A stretch of DNA of 64,000 bases from Nodosilinea sp. LVE1205-7 (GCA_041879365.1 CP089923.1:1399095-1463094), one strand, 5' to 3'; positions 1-10,623 are shown, counted from the first letter of the stretch. Numbers and translations are program-made. Notes: generated by a model not told the origin, from the sequence alone.

Positions 1-138
1 CAGCGCTTTATTCAACGCTTTGAGCAGGTGGAAGCCGCCCTGGACAAGCCCCTCAGCGACTATAGTGGGGCCGAATTAGAAGCCCTCTGGCAAGCGGCCA
101 AGGCTACCCTGGGTCAGGGTAGCAGTCAAGACTCCTAG
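1..138 (+). CDS. C-terminal fragment of a MazG-like nucleoside triphosphate pyrophosphohydrolase (partial, runs off window start)
   Basis: Frame-1 translation ...EQVEAALDKPLSDYSGAELEALWQAAKATLGQGSSQDS* resembles a MazG C-terminus; no start codon inside the window. Confidence 0.4.
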   Translation, partial: QRFIQRFEQVEAALDKPLSDYSGAELEALWQAAKATLGQGSSQDS

Positions 139-168
139 GGCATCCCAACTAGAACCCTTACATACCCC

Positions 169-1161
169 ATGGTTACCCCGATTACCTATAGTCCGGCCTA
201 TACCCTGGTACCCACCTACGAGTGCTTTAACCGCTGTACCTACTGTAATTTTCGGGTCGATCTGGGCCAGGCAGGCTGGATCGATGGGGCTCAGGCCCGC
301 TCCCAAATTGAAATAGCCCAGAGCCAGGGGGTGATAGAGGTTTTAATCATGAGTGGGGAGGTGGCCCCCCATAGCCCCCAACGGCAGGACTGGTTTAACC
401 ATATTTATCAACTCTGTGAATTGGTCCTGGAGGTCGGCCTTATACCTCATACCAATGTCGGCCCCCTATCCCACCAGGAGATGGCTCGATTGCAACAGGT
501 AAATGGGTCCATGGGGCTGATGCTGGAGCAGCTAACCCCCGATCTTTTACAAACGGTGCACCGCCACGCCCCCAGCAAACATCCCCAGGTGCGACTACAA
601 CAGTTGGCTCAAGCCGGAGAGCTACAGATTCCCTTTACCACGGGGCTACTGCTGGGTCTGGGGGAGACAGAGGCGGATTGGCGAGACGCCCTGGTGGCGA
701 TCGCTAATCTGCACCAGCGCTACGGCCACATCCAGGAGGTAATTCTCCAACCCCATAGCCCTGGCCAGCGGCAGCTTCACCCCGGTCAACCACTGGCGAC
801 CCAGCAGTTACTCCAGGCCCTGAACCTGGCCAGGGAGCATTTGCCCGCCGCCATTACCCTCCAGGTGCCCCCCAACCTGATCGACCAGTCCAGCCTACTG
901 GCGGCGCTGGCGGCGGGTGCCCGCGACCTGGGGGGGCTGAGTCCGGTGGATGAGGTGAATCCTGACTATAACCACCCCCAACCGGCCCACCTGGCCAGGA
1001 CGATCGCCCCAGCGGGCTGGCAACTCCAACCCCGGTTGCCGGTTTATCCCCAGTACGACGATTGGCTGCCCCCGGCCCTGAGATCGCCGGTGCGGGACTG
1101 GCGGCGGCGACTAACCCAAGCACAGGATTTGCAACCAGCGGCGCTTCCGCTAAGATGCTGA
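169..1161 (+). CDS. cofG: 7,8-didemethyl-8-hydroxy-5-deazariboflavin (FO) synthase subunit CofG, radical SAM
   Basis: 330 aa ORF with the radical SAM CxxxCxxC motif (ECFNRCTYCNF) near the N-terminus and CofG-like downstream conservation. Confidence 0.75.
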   Translation: MVTPITYSPAYTLVPTYECFNRCTYCNFRVDLGQAGWIDGAQARSQIEIAQSQGVIEVLIMSGEVAPHSPQRQDWFNHIYQLCELVLEVGLIPHTNVGPLSHQEMARLQQVNGSMGLMLEQLTPDLLQTVHRHAPSKHPQVRLQQLAQAGELQIPFTTGLLLGLGETEADWRDALVAIANLHQRYGHIQEVILQPHSPGQRQLHPGQPLATQQLLQALNLAREHLPAAITLQVPPNLIDQSSLLAALAAGARDLGGLSPVDEVNPDYNHPQPAHLARTIAPAGWQLQPRLPVYPQYDDWLPPALRSPVRDWRRRLTQAQDLQPAALPLRC

Positions 1162-1186
1162 CACAGTCATTTAGGGGGACGACGCC

Positions 1187-1288
1187 ATGGAGAAAACCAA
1201 CCCCCAGACCTGTCCGGTCTGCGGTGTAAAAATTTTAGTGGGCACCGTGGGGGGATTGGGTCCTGTTTGCCGCTGGCCCCCCTGGTAA
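1187..1288 (+). CDS. Possible small (33 aa) zinc-ribbon-like peptide immediately after cofG
   Basis: ATG 6 bp after a GGGGGA purine tract; MEKTNPQTCPVCGVKILVGTVGGLGPVCRWPPW*. Contains a C6 run, so the true length is uncertain (one extra C would give an ~89 aa product). Confidence 0.2.
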   Translation: MEKTNPQTCPVCGVKILVGTVGGLGPVCRWPPW

Positions 1289-1424
1289 CCGCGCCCGGCT
1301 CTACGATCGGGTGTGTCGCTACGTCACCAGGCCCGACTGCATTAACAAAAATGTTGGCGACCAATCTCCTCCAGCCCCCCGACTATAATCAAAGAGTGAT
1401 AAAAAACCAGGCAGAGTTGCTGCT

Positions 1425-1889
1425 GTGAATTTTCCTATGCAAATTCCTTTGTGTCTGCGTCCCAGCCTTTCCATCGCCGCTAGCCTGATTATGGTGACCG
1501 CCGCCACAGCCACGGCTCAGGCCCAAACCCGGCTCTATTCACCCATTTCTCTGACCACCTCGCGGCAAATTGACGATACCCTCAGTTCTCAAGATATTCC
1601 TACCGGATCCGGTGGCTTTTCTCGGGATTACATTGTCACCCTTAGCGCCGGAGACCAGGTGGCGATCGATGCGACCTCCGACGACTTTGATACCCTGGTT
1701 ACCCTGATCAATAAAGATGGGGTTACCGTTGGAGAAAACGACGATGGCTCCGATGGCAGTACAAATTCCCTATTATTTGTTCGTATTACCGAGTCGGGTG
1801 CCTATACGGTGAGGGTCAGCGCCTACGCTGGTGGCACTAATACGGGTAAATTTAAGCTCAAGGTGGCCCGTTTGAGAGAAGTACCCTAG
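1425..1889 (+). CDS. Secreted hypothetical protein with a pre-peptidase C-terminal (PPC)-like beta domain
   Basis: N-terminal signal peptide (LIMVTAATATAQA), then Gly/Asp-rich beta-sandwich-like sequence (TVGENDDGSDGSTNSLLFVRITESGAYTVRVSAY). Confidence 0.5.
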   Translation: MNFPMQIPLCLRPSLSIAASLIMVTAATATAQAQTRLYSPISLTTSRQIDDTLSSQDIPTGSGGFSRDYIVTLSAGDQVAIDATSDDFDTLVTLINKDGVTVGENDDGSDGSTNSLLFVRITESGAYTVRVSAYAGGTNTGKFKLKVARLREVP

Positions 1890-1983
1890 GCAAGGTAAAA
1901 CAAAAATTAAGAAAATTTGCCTGGGGAGCTTGCCATGGGTGACTCTAGCTTGTTATTTTAGTGAAGCGCTAGTTTTATCCCTT

Positions 1984-2056
<73 letters not shown>

Positions 2057-2073
2057 TTTAGATAAGATCAAGT

Positions 2074-2937
2074 ATGGATCCTATTCTTGCCTCACATACC
2101 TCCCATCCTTCTTTTACTTTTGAGGCGGTGATTCTCAATCATCAGGGAGACATTGTCAGGCGAAACCAGGGTGAAGCCCCCTACCGGCGAGTTACCCTGG
2201 CTCAGGATTTAATTTTAGATTTGGTGTGGGTGCCTGGCGGTACTTTTATGATGGGTACCCCAAGCCATGAACCGGTCCTGGGGGAGGGTTCTAAGTATTA
2301 TCACAGCCTCTTTAATGGGGAACGGCCTCAGCATCAGGTAACCGTGGCCGGTTTTTGGCTGGGTAAGTATGCGGTTACCCAGGCCCAGTATCGGGCTGTG
2401 ATGGGGGAAAATCCATCCCACTTTCAGGACGACAGCCGACCGGTAGAGCAGGTGAACTGGGATGAGGCCATGGAATTCTGCGATCGCCTTTCCGATGCCA
2501 CCGGTCAACCCTACACCCTGCCCAGCGAAGCCCAGTGGGAATACGCGGCTCGAGCGGGGGGCACCACTCCCTTTCACCAGGGTGAGACCATTACCACCGC
2601 TTTAGCTAACTACAACGGCGCTCAGGCCTACGGCTCGGGCCCCCCAGGCATCTATCGGCAAGCCACCAATCCGGTGGGCTGCTTTCCTCCCAACGACTTT
2701 GGTCTCTACGACCTGCACGGCAATGTGTGGGAATGGTGCCTTGATACCTACCACGAAGACTATGAAAACGCCCCCACCGATGGCAGTGCCTGGACCCAGG
2801 CCGGGTCTCCTGACTATCGCATGATCCGGGGTGGCTCCTGGTACTGCTATCCCCACTTTTGCCGCTCCGCCTCCCGAGACCACGAGCTACGTGACACCCG
2901 CATGAGTAACTTTGGTTTTCGAGTGGCGGGTGCCTAG
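2074..2937 (+). CDS. Formylglycine-generating enzyme (SUMF1/FGE-sulfatase) family protein
   Basis: C-terminal hallmark RMIRGGSWYCYPHFCRSASRDHE...FGFRVA plus WEYAARAG and NDFGLYDLHGNVWEW motifs. Confidence 0.8.
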   Translation: MDPILASHTSHPSFTFEAVILNHQGDIVRRNQGEAPYRRVTLAQDLILDLVWVPGGTFMMGTPSHEPVLGEGSKYYHSLFNGERPQHQVTVAGFWLGKYAVTQAQYRAVMGENPSHFQDDSRPVEQVNWDEAMEFCDRLSDATGQPYTLPSEAQWEYAARAGGTTPFHQGETITTALANYNGAQAYGSGPPGIYRQATNPVGCFPPNDFGLYDLHGNVWEWCLDTYHEDYENAPTDGSAWTQAGSPDYRMIRGGSWYCYPHFCRSASRDHELRDTRMSNFGFRVAGA

Positions 2938-2943
2938 GGAAGT

Positions 2944-3300
2944 TTATTCCACCACTTCGTATTCAAGCATCTGCTCTCCTTCCCTATCGGTATAGCTACG
3001 GTAGGCAATGCCAGTCTCATCGCCATCGGACCAACTGGCCTTACCGGTACACTTAAGCTCCCCATCGGTTTTGGAAACCTGGGTGGGTTCGTATATTTTG
3101 ACCAGGGCAAAGCCTCTGGAGGCGCGGTCTTTTTCTGTCATTTCCACCACCTGGTCCCGAAGGGAATCGCAGGTGTGGGATACCTGCTGAATCGATTTGC
3201 AACTGGCTAGCCAGCAAACCGCAGCCCCCGACAATAGCAAGGTGGCTTTTTGAGATATTGGCTTGAGACCAATTTTTTGAGACCAATAAAAGCAAACCAT
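2944..3300 (-). CDS. Small putative lipoprotein (hypothetical)
   Basis: Minus-strand ORF; choosing the internal Met (MVCFYWSQKIG...) gives a signal/lipobox-like LLLSGAAVCWLASC followed by a hydrophilic 80 aa body. Start uncertain. Confidence 0.35.
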   Translation of the reverse strand: MVCFYWSQKIGLKPISQKATLLLSGAAVCWLASCKSIQQVSHTCDSLRDQVVEMTEKDRASRGFALVKIYEPTQVSKTDGELKCTGKASWSDGDETGIAYRSYTDREGEQMLEYEVVE

Positions 3301-3420
3301 AGTTATTTTTTTAATGTTAAGCATTAAGAACAGTAACATGCCGGGGGTTTTCCCCGGCATCCGTAGGACTACCGATAACGGCGGGCTGGTACCCAGGGCC
3401 AAAGTTTCAGGCGGCGGCAA

Positions 3421-3516
3421 GGGGACAGAGGGGCTGGGGGATTCAAAGTCCCTCTTCCAAGGCGGGAGAGGGACTTTGGGTGAGGGCTACAAAAGCGGAA
3501 TGTACCCGGAGCGATG
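3421..3516. repeat. Degenerate partial copy of MITE family D (TIR GGGTGCATCCCA...)
   Basis: Shares GGGCTGGGGGAT, CCAAGGCGGGAGAGG and GGGTGAGGGCTACAAAAG(C/T)GG(A/G)ATG(T/C)ACC with the element nested at 36457-36596 (inverted orientation). Confidence 0.35.
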
Positions 3517-3612
3517 GGGCAGTCTGGGTCCATAGCGGGCTTTTAAATCGAGGCGCTACGCGCCAGGGAGAGGGTAATCGGTTGGGAAATTAAGGGTAAA
3601 AGGGCTAGAGGG

Positions 3613-4580
3613 TTACCCAAGAGTCCTGGGCGGCACACTCACAACTCGAAAACCGATGGAGGTGGTGCGGACGTCGGGGATGCCGTAGGTCCGAGAGGCG
3701 GAGCGACAAGCCCAGGGAAGGTCGCGCCAAGAACCGCCGCGTAGGATCCGATATTTGTCTTTCTCATGTTTTGGCGCAAAAACATAAGAACCGCCGCTTA
3801 GCATCCGGAGTGTGTTTTTTCTGCCTCGGCATCAACCCAGGCGCTACCATCAGCCGGTGCGCCTTCGTAGTTGTCGTGGAAGTGATCCAGGCACCACTCA
3901 GAAACGTTGCCGTGCATATCGTAGAGGCCAAAGCCATTAGGGGGGAAGATTCCCACATCGGTGGTTTGCGCTCGGAATGCTCCCCTTGGTCCCTGACCAT
4001 AGAACCCTGGATAGGTTAGGCTCTCGTAGTACTCCAAGTCGCTGCCCCGATAATTAGCCAGATCGGTGGTAATTGTATCGCCAAAATAAAAGGGCGTGGT
4101 GGTACCGGCCCGACAAGCGTATTCCCACTGGGCTTCGCTGGGCAGGGTGTAGGGTTGGCCTAGTCTTTGAGATAGGCGATCGCAAAATTCCACTGCATCG
4201 TTCCAGGAAACACTTTCCACTGGGCGTTTATCCCCCTTGAAGTGGGCAGGGTTGTTGCCCATGATGGCCTGATATTGAGCCTGGGTGACGGGGTATTTAC
4301 CCAGGGCAAAGGCTGTCAGGGTGACGGAGTGGCGGGGCAGTTCTCGGGCAAACCACTCTTTGTACTTCTCTTCCCCAACCTGACGGATCAGTTCCGCCTT
4401 TTCCGCCTCGGTTTGGCCCATCATAAAGCTGCCGCCAGGAATCGCCACCATATCCAGGGTGACGCCCTGGCCCAGGTCCAGGGTTTGGTAGGGGGCGCTG
4501 GCCTGTTTACGGTTGATGATCTGCCCCTGGGGGTTAACGGTCACCACCTCAAAGCTAAACAGTACTGCTTTCTCCACCAT
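3613..4580 (-). CDS. Second FGE/SUMF1-family paralog, apparently frameshifted at a T6 run (about 3814-3819)
   Basis: ORFs 3798-4580 and 3613-3804 together give an FGE domain (…WEYACRAG…NGFGLYDMHGNVSEW… / RILRGGSWRDLPWACRSASR…FRVV). Lengthening A6 to A7 on the coding strand restores AEAEKNTLRMLSGGSY. Confidence 0.7.
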
Positions 4581-5089
4581 ATTTCCTCCTCGATTAAGGC
4601 CAGCTCCATCCCTCCCTCAGGATAGCTGATCCCTCGGTGGTCGTCGCCGGAAGAACCCTCCAGTCCCACCGCCGAGGCATCGACCAGGAGTCCAGGAATC
4701 AGGAGTTGGGTGGCTACCCCCGCTGTTGTGGCCCCTGATTACCCAGGGGCCGCCATCTCACCATTAACCCTGCCAAAACTCCTGATCAATCTAGATCTTA
4801 ATCCCGTGTTACCTTAAATAGGGGTTTCTAGCCTGATCAGGCCAGTCCTGGGCAAGGTCAAGGATATGGTCAGGTGGGTGGCATGGCCCGGTTTCTTGAG
4901 CCAGTTGCTTGAACTGGTGGCTTGAAAATGGGTAAGTGGTGATTGCTCCAGTTCTGTTGTCATAGCTACCGGTAACGGGGTGCAGATGAGCCGGACTCTC
5001 TGGCTTTAAGGGTCCACAGGTTTCCTCCGCCATTCATCCCCGGCTAAATTTAGCCTTTCCTTGCTTGTTGGAATAATAGAGGTCTTGAA

Positions 5090-5535
5090 ATGTCTATTCG
5101 CCTTTATGTTGGAAACCTATCCAGGGATTTGCAACGCCAGGACTTTGAGAATGTGTTTGTTGCCTACAACGATGATCTGGTTTCGGTGAAGCTGATCGCG
5201 GATAAAAAAACCGGCAAATGCAGGGGCTTTGGCTTTGTAACGGTAAAAACCGAAGAGAAAGCTGATGAAATTGTGGCTCAACTCAATGGTTATGTCCTGG
5301 AAGATACTCCTTTAAAAGTTGAAAAAGCTCTCCCCGAACCAAGCCAGAGGGAGAAGCAGAAGAAGTTGAAACCAACCCCATTGTCCCTGTCAATGGTAAA
5401 CGGGCCAGGGGCAATGGCCGTAAGCCCTCCTCTACCGATCAGTCCAGCAGTGTTGTGGTCCAGCCCGATCCACGGTGGGCCGATAAACTGGAGCAGTTGA
5501 AGGCTATGCTGGCGGCTCAAGCCACCTCTAGCTAG
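5090..5535 (+). CDS. rbp: RRM-type RNA-binding protein (cyanobacterial Rbp, type II with the C-terminal PDPRWADKL motif), frameshifted at a C4 run (about 5332-5335)
   Basis: N-terminal RNP motifs (LYVGNL, RGFGFV). C-terminal 60 aa read in frame 1 (…QPDPRWADKLEQLKAMLAAQATSS*); C4 to C5 joins the frames. Confidence 0.75.
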
Positions 5536-5545
5536 GGCTTAAACT

Positions 5546-6001
5546 TTAACTTTGGTTTTCGGCTATTTGTCTAATCCGCTGCAACTGGGCTTCCATGTCT
5601 TTGCGAGTCCAGTGGGCAGCAAAATATTTGAAGCCCACCTCGACGATGGGCTGGGCAATGGTAAATTCAAACCGATTGGTTAATTGGGTGCCAGCGTCGG
5701 TGGCGTGCCATTGCCAGCGGTCCTGACCCCGGAAAAATCCCTCAAACTGCCAGGTAATCAGGTTTGGCAATCGCTCAATGACGGTGCTGATCAGGGTTGG
5801 TTGCCAGATTGGTATGGCAATGATAAATCGGCTTTGGGCACCGGGCTCGGTAGACCAATCTTCTACAGGCTCACAGCGCAGGGCAGGGTTAAGCCAGCGA
5901 TGCATTATGGCCAGATTGGTGATGCAATGTTCCACAACCCCTGGACTAGCGGCGATGGTAATACATTGAAGAAACTCATGGTTATTCTTCATAGTTTTCA
6001 A
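5546..6001 (-). CDS. SRPBCC (START/polyketide cyclase-like) superfamily hypothetical protein
   Basis: 151 aa minus-strand ORF with alternating beta/helix-grip-like composition; weak family assignment made by eye. Confidence 0.45.
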   Translation of the reverse strand: MKTMKNNHEFLQCITIAASPGVVEHCITNLAIMHRWLNPALRCEPVEDWSTEPGAQSRFIIAIPIWQPTLISTVIERLPNLITWQFEGFFRGQDRWQWHATDAGTQLTNRFEFTIAQPIVEVGFKYFAAHWTRKDMEAQLQRIRQIAENQS

Positions 6002-6124
6002 TTGCTAATATTTAAATTGCCAACAGCAGGTAGCCTTAACTAAGGGTGCTCTTCAAGTATTGCCTGATTTGTCCCCAGAGCTTGGGGCCAACCTTGATAT
6101 CAACCACCCGTAACCTGAAAAGGT

Positions 6125-8312
6125 ATGGCTATGGCTGTTCCACCCCAGGATCCAACTTCCCCTAACTACACCGATCCAGCCTACTACATTAATCGGGAGT
6201 CGAGCTGGCTGGAGTTTAACCGTCGAGTCCTGTGGGAAGGGCTTGATCGCCGCACTCCGTTGTTGGAAGCCCTGAAGTTTTTGGCGATCTTTAGCATTAA
6301 CCTGGACGAATACTTTATGGTGCGGGTAGCCGCCATCAAACAGCAAATCGGGGCCCAGGTCAATTCCCTCTCCGCCGATGGACTCAGCCCGCTACAGCAG
6401 CTTGCCCTAATTGGTCAAACTCTGCGGCCTATGATTAACCAGCAACACCAGGGCTTTTTCCGTCGTTTGCGGCCACAAATGGCGGGCCATGGCATCCATC
6501 TGGTTACCTACGGTGAACTGAGCCCCGATCAACGTCAGTTTATGGGGACCTACTTTGAGGAACAAATTTTTCCAGTTTTAACCCCGCTTATTGTTGATGC
6601 CGATCATCCTTTTCCCTACGTTTCTAACCTGAGCTTAAACCTGGTGGTAATTCTTAAGAGATCGCCAGACCGGTGGATCCCAGATTGCCCGGGTCAAAAT
6701 ACCCAAAGTTTTACCCCGGTTCATTACCCTGCCAGAACCCCTCTCTAGCCAACTCGATCCTCCCTGTCACTGGCTTGGAGTGCCCCTGGAGGAGGTGATC
6801 GCTCACCATCTTCAGACTTTGTTCCCGACCCTAGAGGTGCAGGGACACTACCTATTTCGCCTTACCCGTAACGCCGATTTAGTGGTGGCAGAAGCTGAAG
6901 CCGAAGATTTGATGTTAGCGATCGAGCAAGAACTCCGGAAACGCCCTCTAGGGGGATCGGCAGTGCGGTTAGAACTTCAACGCCACACCCCTAGGGCAAT
7001 TCGGATCCTGCTAAGGCGGGCCCTGGACCTGGAACCCCAGGACATTTATGCAATTGATGGTTGGCTGGGGCTGGGGGATTTAATCGCCCTCACCAGTCTA
7101 GCGATACCAAGCTTAAAGGATCCACCCTGGCTGCCGACCATTCCCCCAACCCTGGAAAAATTACCCCATCTAGTTGAGGAAGACAATAATTACCCCTCAC
7201 AGCAGGCAGAAACTTTTTTTGCCCTGGTGCGTCGCCAGGACCAGCTATTCCACCATCCTTATCATTCCTTTGTGGCCACTGTACAGCGGTTTATTATCCA
7301 GGCCGCCTATGATCCCCAGGTACTGGCCATTAAAATGACCCTTTATCGTATCGCTGGCGGCTCTCCCATCCTCAAAGCCCTGGTGGGGGCGGCGGCCAGG
7401 GGTAAGCAGGTAACGGTGCTGGTAGAACTTAAGGCTCGCTTTGGCGAAGAAAACAATATTAACTGGGCTCGCCACCTGGAACAGGCGGGTGTCCATGTTG
7501 TTTACGGTTTGATCGGCCTTAAAACCCATGCCAAGATGGTTATGGTGGTGCGCCGTGAGGGTGATACCATTACCCGTTACTGTCATTTAGGGACGGGGGA
7601 CTACAATGCTGAAACCGCCTCTGTTTATACCGATTTAAGCCTGCTTAGCGCCCAACCTGAGCTCGGATCGGACCTGACTGAGCTATTTAACTATCTCACC
7701 GGCTATTCTCGCCAGCGCAGTTATCGACAACTGTTAGTCGCCCCCCTAACCCTGCGCCAGAGCCTGGAGAACTTAATCCAGGGGGAAATAGAGCGGGTTC
7801 AACGGGGAGAAAAGGGCCAGATTATCGCCAAAATGAATACCCTGGTTGATCCAGACCTGATTGCCAGACTTTACCAGGCTTCTGCTGCCGGGGTCTCGAT
7901 TGATTTAATTGTGCGAGGAACTTGCTGCCTCCGCCCTGGTCTGGCCAACATCAGCGAGAACATTCGGGTCATCAGCATTGTTGGTCGCTTTTTAGAACAT
8001 TCCCGGATCCTTTACTTTAGGCGCGGGGGTGATGAAATTTTTTGGCTGGGCAGTGGAGACTGGACCGCCAGTAATTTAGATCGCCGGGTAGAAGTGCTGG
8101 TGCCGGTTCGCGATCGCAACCTTCAGGCCGAACTCCGATTGATTTTAGATCTGGCTCTGGCAGATCATCGTCACGCCTGGGATTTGGCTGCTGACGGTAG
8201 TTACCATCAGCGCCAACCAGCCCCCCAAACCAGCCCCTGCGACTCTCAACTCAGTCTGATCAACCGGGCCAGTCACCTAACCGTTGGAATCGACCCACGG
8301 CACCAGAGGTAA
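6125..8312 (+). CDS. ppk: Polyphosphate kinase 1, split into two ORFs by a frameshift near 6650-6700
   Basis: N-terminal ORF (…YYINRESSWLEFNRRVLWEGLDRRTPLLEALKFLAIFSINLDEYFMVRVA…) and C-terminal ORF (…QIARVKIPKVLPRFITLPE…HAKMVMVVRREGD…) together make about 720 aa of PPK1. The two HKD-like phospholipase D motifs are present. Confidence 0.9.
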
Positions 8313-9154
8313 AACAAGGCTAAAAGTCCGCTTAAAAAGCACAAACCAGTCAGACCCGCCAGAGGGTTGCCCTGAAGTCCGGTGACCCAGGTGGGCACCT
8401 GCCCCGTTGGCCGGGTTAGATGACTAACGTTCAAAACATAGTAGATCCACACCAGACCACTATGGAGACCAATCGGTAAACCCAGGCTGGTTTCTCCTGG
8501 CTGGGTGGGGAACCGCACCCGACGGGCCCGAACCAGAGTCATACCCAAGAGGGCCAGACCTAAAAATTGGGGCCAGGTGGCTAGAACCTGTTCTAAGGGC
8601 TTAATGAAGTGGGCCAGGGCAAAGATAAAACCGTTGGTAGCCAGGGCCAACCCAGGGGAAAAACCTTGCTCTAACTCTCGCAGCAACCATCCCCGAAACA
8701 GTAGTTCCTCTGCCCAGCCCACCGCAAGGGCCGTAACCGCCCCACTAAGGACAATGGGAGCCAGGAAGCCGGGGTTGAAAGCCTCTGGATTCAGCACTAA
8801 CCAGCCGGCAACCAACTCTATCAACACCATTGTGGCCAGGCTGAGGCTACCGATCAGGGCCCCTACCCCCAGGGCTGCCCAGAGCCTAACCGGTTTAATC
8901 AAGCCAAATTGACGCCAGACAGAAGAGCTTTGGTGGAGGCGACGTTCCCAAGGAGGCAATAGCAATACAAAAACCAGGTACAACAGTAACATCGGCAGCA
9001 GATCGCCACCTGGCAAGCGCCCCTGGGCCGATAGTCGGTAAAGGGGCCAGGCTACAGGAAACCAGAGAACCAGCACCATAGCCAGGAAAAATCCTATGCG
9101 GAGCAGGGGCGATCGCCTCAAGTAGGTTAGCCAATCCGACAGCATTTTATTCAT
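8273..9154 (-). CDS. CPBP family intramembrane glutamic endopeptidase (CAAX protease/Abi-like)
   Basis: Polytopic membrane protein with the EELLFRG motif and a downstream FALAHF motif. Confidence 0.8.
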   Translation of the reverse strand: MNKMLSDWLTYLRRSPLLRIGFFLAMVLVLWFPVAWPLYRLSAQGRLPGGDLLPMLLLYLVFVLLLPPWERRLHQSSSVWRQFGLIKPVRLWAALGVGALIGSLSLATMVLIELVAGWLVLNPEAFNPGFLAPIVLSGAVTALAVGWAEELLFRGWLLRELEQGFSPGLALATNGFIFALAHFIKPLEQVLATWPQFLGLALLGMTLVRARRVRFPTQPGETSLGLPIGLHSGLVWIYYVLNVSHLTRPTGQVPTWVTGLQGNPLAGLTGLCFLSGLLALFYLWCRGSIPTVR

Positions 9155-9171
9155 CCAGCATTTTATTCATC
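9140..9171. repeat. Perfect 16 bp tandem duplication (CAGCATTTTATTCATC x2) spanning the clpS stop and the CPBP-protease start
   Basis: On the minus strand this reads GATGAATAAAATGCTG twice; the first copy holds the clpS TAA and the second holds the ATG of the downstream gene. Confidence 0.7.
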
Positions 9172-9450
9172 GGGCTCAATAGTACTGGTCAAACCCAGAC
9201 TCCCCAGCCCCTCACTATAGAATTCTGCGGGTTCAAGGGCGCAGGTAATAACCAGGGCGACCCCAGCACTATGGGCTTGCATCATAATATCTACTGCCTG
9301 GGGAGTGGTTAGACTGGGTACCACCTTCAGCAAAGACTCGACGACGTATTCCATCGAGTTAAAGTCGTCGTTATGGAGGAGTACCCGGTAACGGGGAGCA
9401 GGCTTGCGAAGAGTAGACGTTGAACTTCGATCAATCGTTTCAATCGACAC
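9163..9450 (-). CDS. clpS: ATP-dependent Clp protease adaptor ClpS
   Basis: 95 aa; RYRVLLHNDDFNSMEYVVESLLKVVP…AVDIMMQAHSAGVALV is the canonical ClpS core. Confidence 0.9.
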   Translation of the reverse strand: MSIETIDRSSTSTLRKPAPRYRVLLHNDDFNSMEYVVESLLKVVPSLTTPQAVDIMMQAHSAGVALVITCALEPAEFYSEGLGSLGLTSTIEPDE

Positions 9451-10061
9451 AGCAATACCTCGTTTTGAAGAAGGAATGGGAAAGGGCCAGGAACCTTTGG
9501 CCAGGGCCTGCCTGTGTACTCCAGATCAACCTGACCATCTGATGGATCTTACCCAGGGAAGCGCGGTTTGGCTACCCAGCCCAGGCTCGCCTCTGGAGAA
9601 TCAAATCCCCCGATAGCCAGGCTATAGTGACTGCAACTACCGAGGTCGTAACTTAAGGTTGTAAGATGACAAAATGCTTCATAATTTAGAAGGTTTTTGT
9701 AAACTTTTTGTAAAGCCATCTTTGACAATGAAGTGCTATGGAAGTCCTGGTGGAAAATCATTCACAGCTAAATGTTTTTTTGCAGGTCTAAATTCCTGTT
9801 TGTTCACTGTTCTGGGGCATGAATAAGGGGCTTAAGTGGTTTTGGCTAAAAACCTGTCACTTTTGATACAAGAGAGCGATGAGATTCTGGTTATTTTAGG
9901 CAAAAGTGCTGAGGGACAGTCTTCAAAATTTACATTCCCATCAAGATTCTATGCAGCTATGGTGGTTAGCCCCAGCCCTGGTCAAAAACTACTCTTATAC
10001 TGAGGCATATTCCTTCTTTAATTTTTTTAGATTTTGGTTTCAAACTAGGAGTTTATCAGCT

Positions 10062-10391
10062 ATGCAAGCCGTCACTGAATCCATGGCAGTTATTCAGCCC
10101 CAGGGCTCTCTCAACGCCTCTAATGCTCAAGATTTTCAATCCATTTTACTAGAGCGCATTCAAGCAGAAGCCGCATCGGGTTTGCTGGTGGATATGAGTC
10201 GTCTGGAGTCTTTAGACAGTTCAGGCTTAATTTCTTTGATTGCAGCCTTTAAGCAGGCTCGTCTATTGGGTAAGAACTTCTATCTGTGCTCTGTGCCTCC
10301 TGCGATCCGGATTGTTTTTGAATTAACTCAATTAGATCAGGCCTTTGAAATCTTAGATGAAAGCTCCGCTTCTCTGCCGGTAGCCGCCTAG
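10062..10391 (+). CDS. STAS-domain anti-sigma factor antagonist (SpoIIAA-like)
   Basis: Start chosen at the ATG preceded by CTAGGAG; the domain (…QGSLNASNAQDFQSILLERIQ…DMSRLESLDSSGLISLIAAFKQARLLGKNFYLCSVPPAIRIVFELTQLDQAFEI) matches the STAS fold. Confidence 0.7.
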   Translation: MQAVTESMAVIQPQGSLNASNAQDFQSILLERIQAEAASGLLVDMSRLESLDSSGLISLIAAFKQARLLGKNFYLCSVPPAIRIVFELTQLDQAFEILDESSASLPVAA

Positions 10392-10623
10392 GCTGGTGTC
10401 AGCACAGGCTATGGCTGGCTAGCTTAATTAAATTCATTGAGTTCAGAAATGAACTGGGGCGCTGATTAAGGTTGCAGGTTCAAAGTTGCAGACTCCGCCC
10501 TAGATTCCATGAATGCAGTTCAACTCAACTGCTTAGGTAGCCTAACGGTCTATTGCCGCTGATTAATCTTGAGTTCGCTATAGTAAGTAGGGTAATTCTA
10601 ATCTGACTGCGGGGGCAGCCCCT

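Noticed and set aside
6125-8312. Treating ppk (and urtA, lysS, hlyD, the ABC exporters, rnz and others) as pairs of separate genes or as true pseudogenes
   Set aside because: The junctions restore canonical conserved motifs with a one-base homopolymer correction, a pattern repeated contig-wide that indicates sequencing error. Each is called as one gene.
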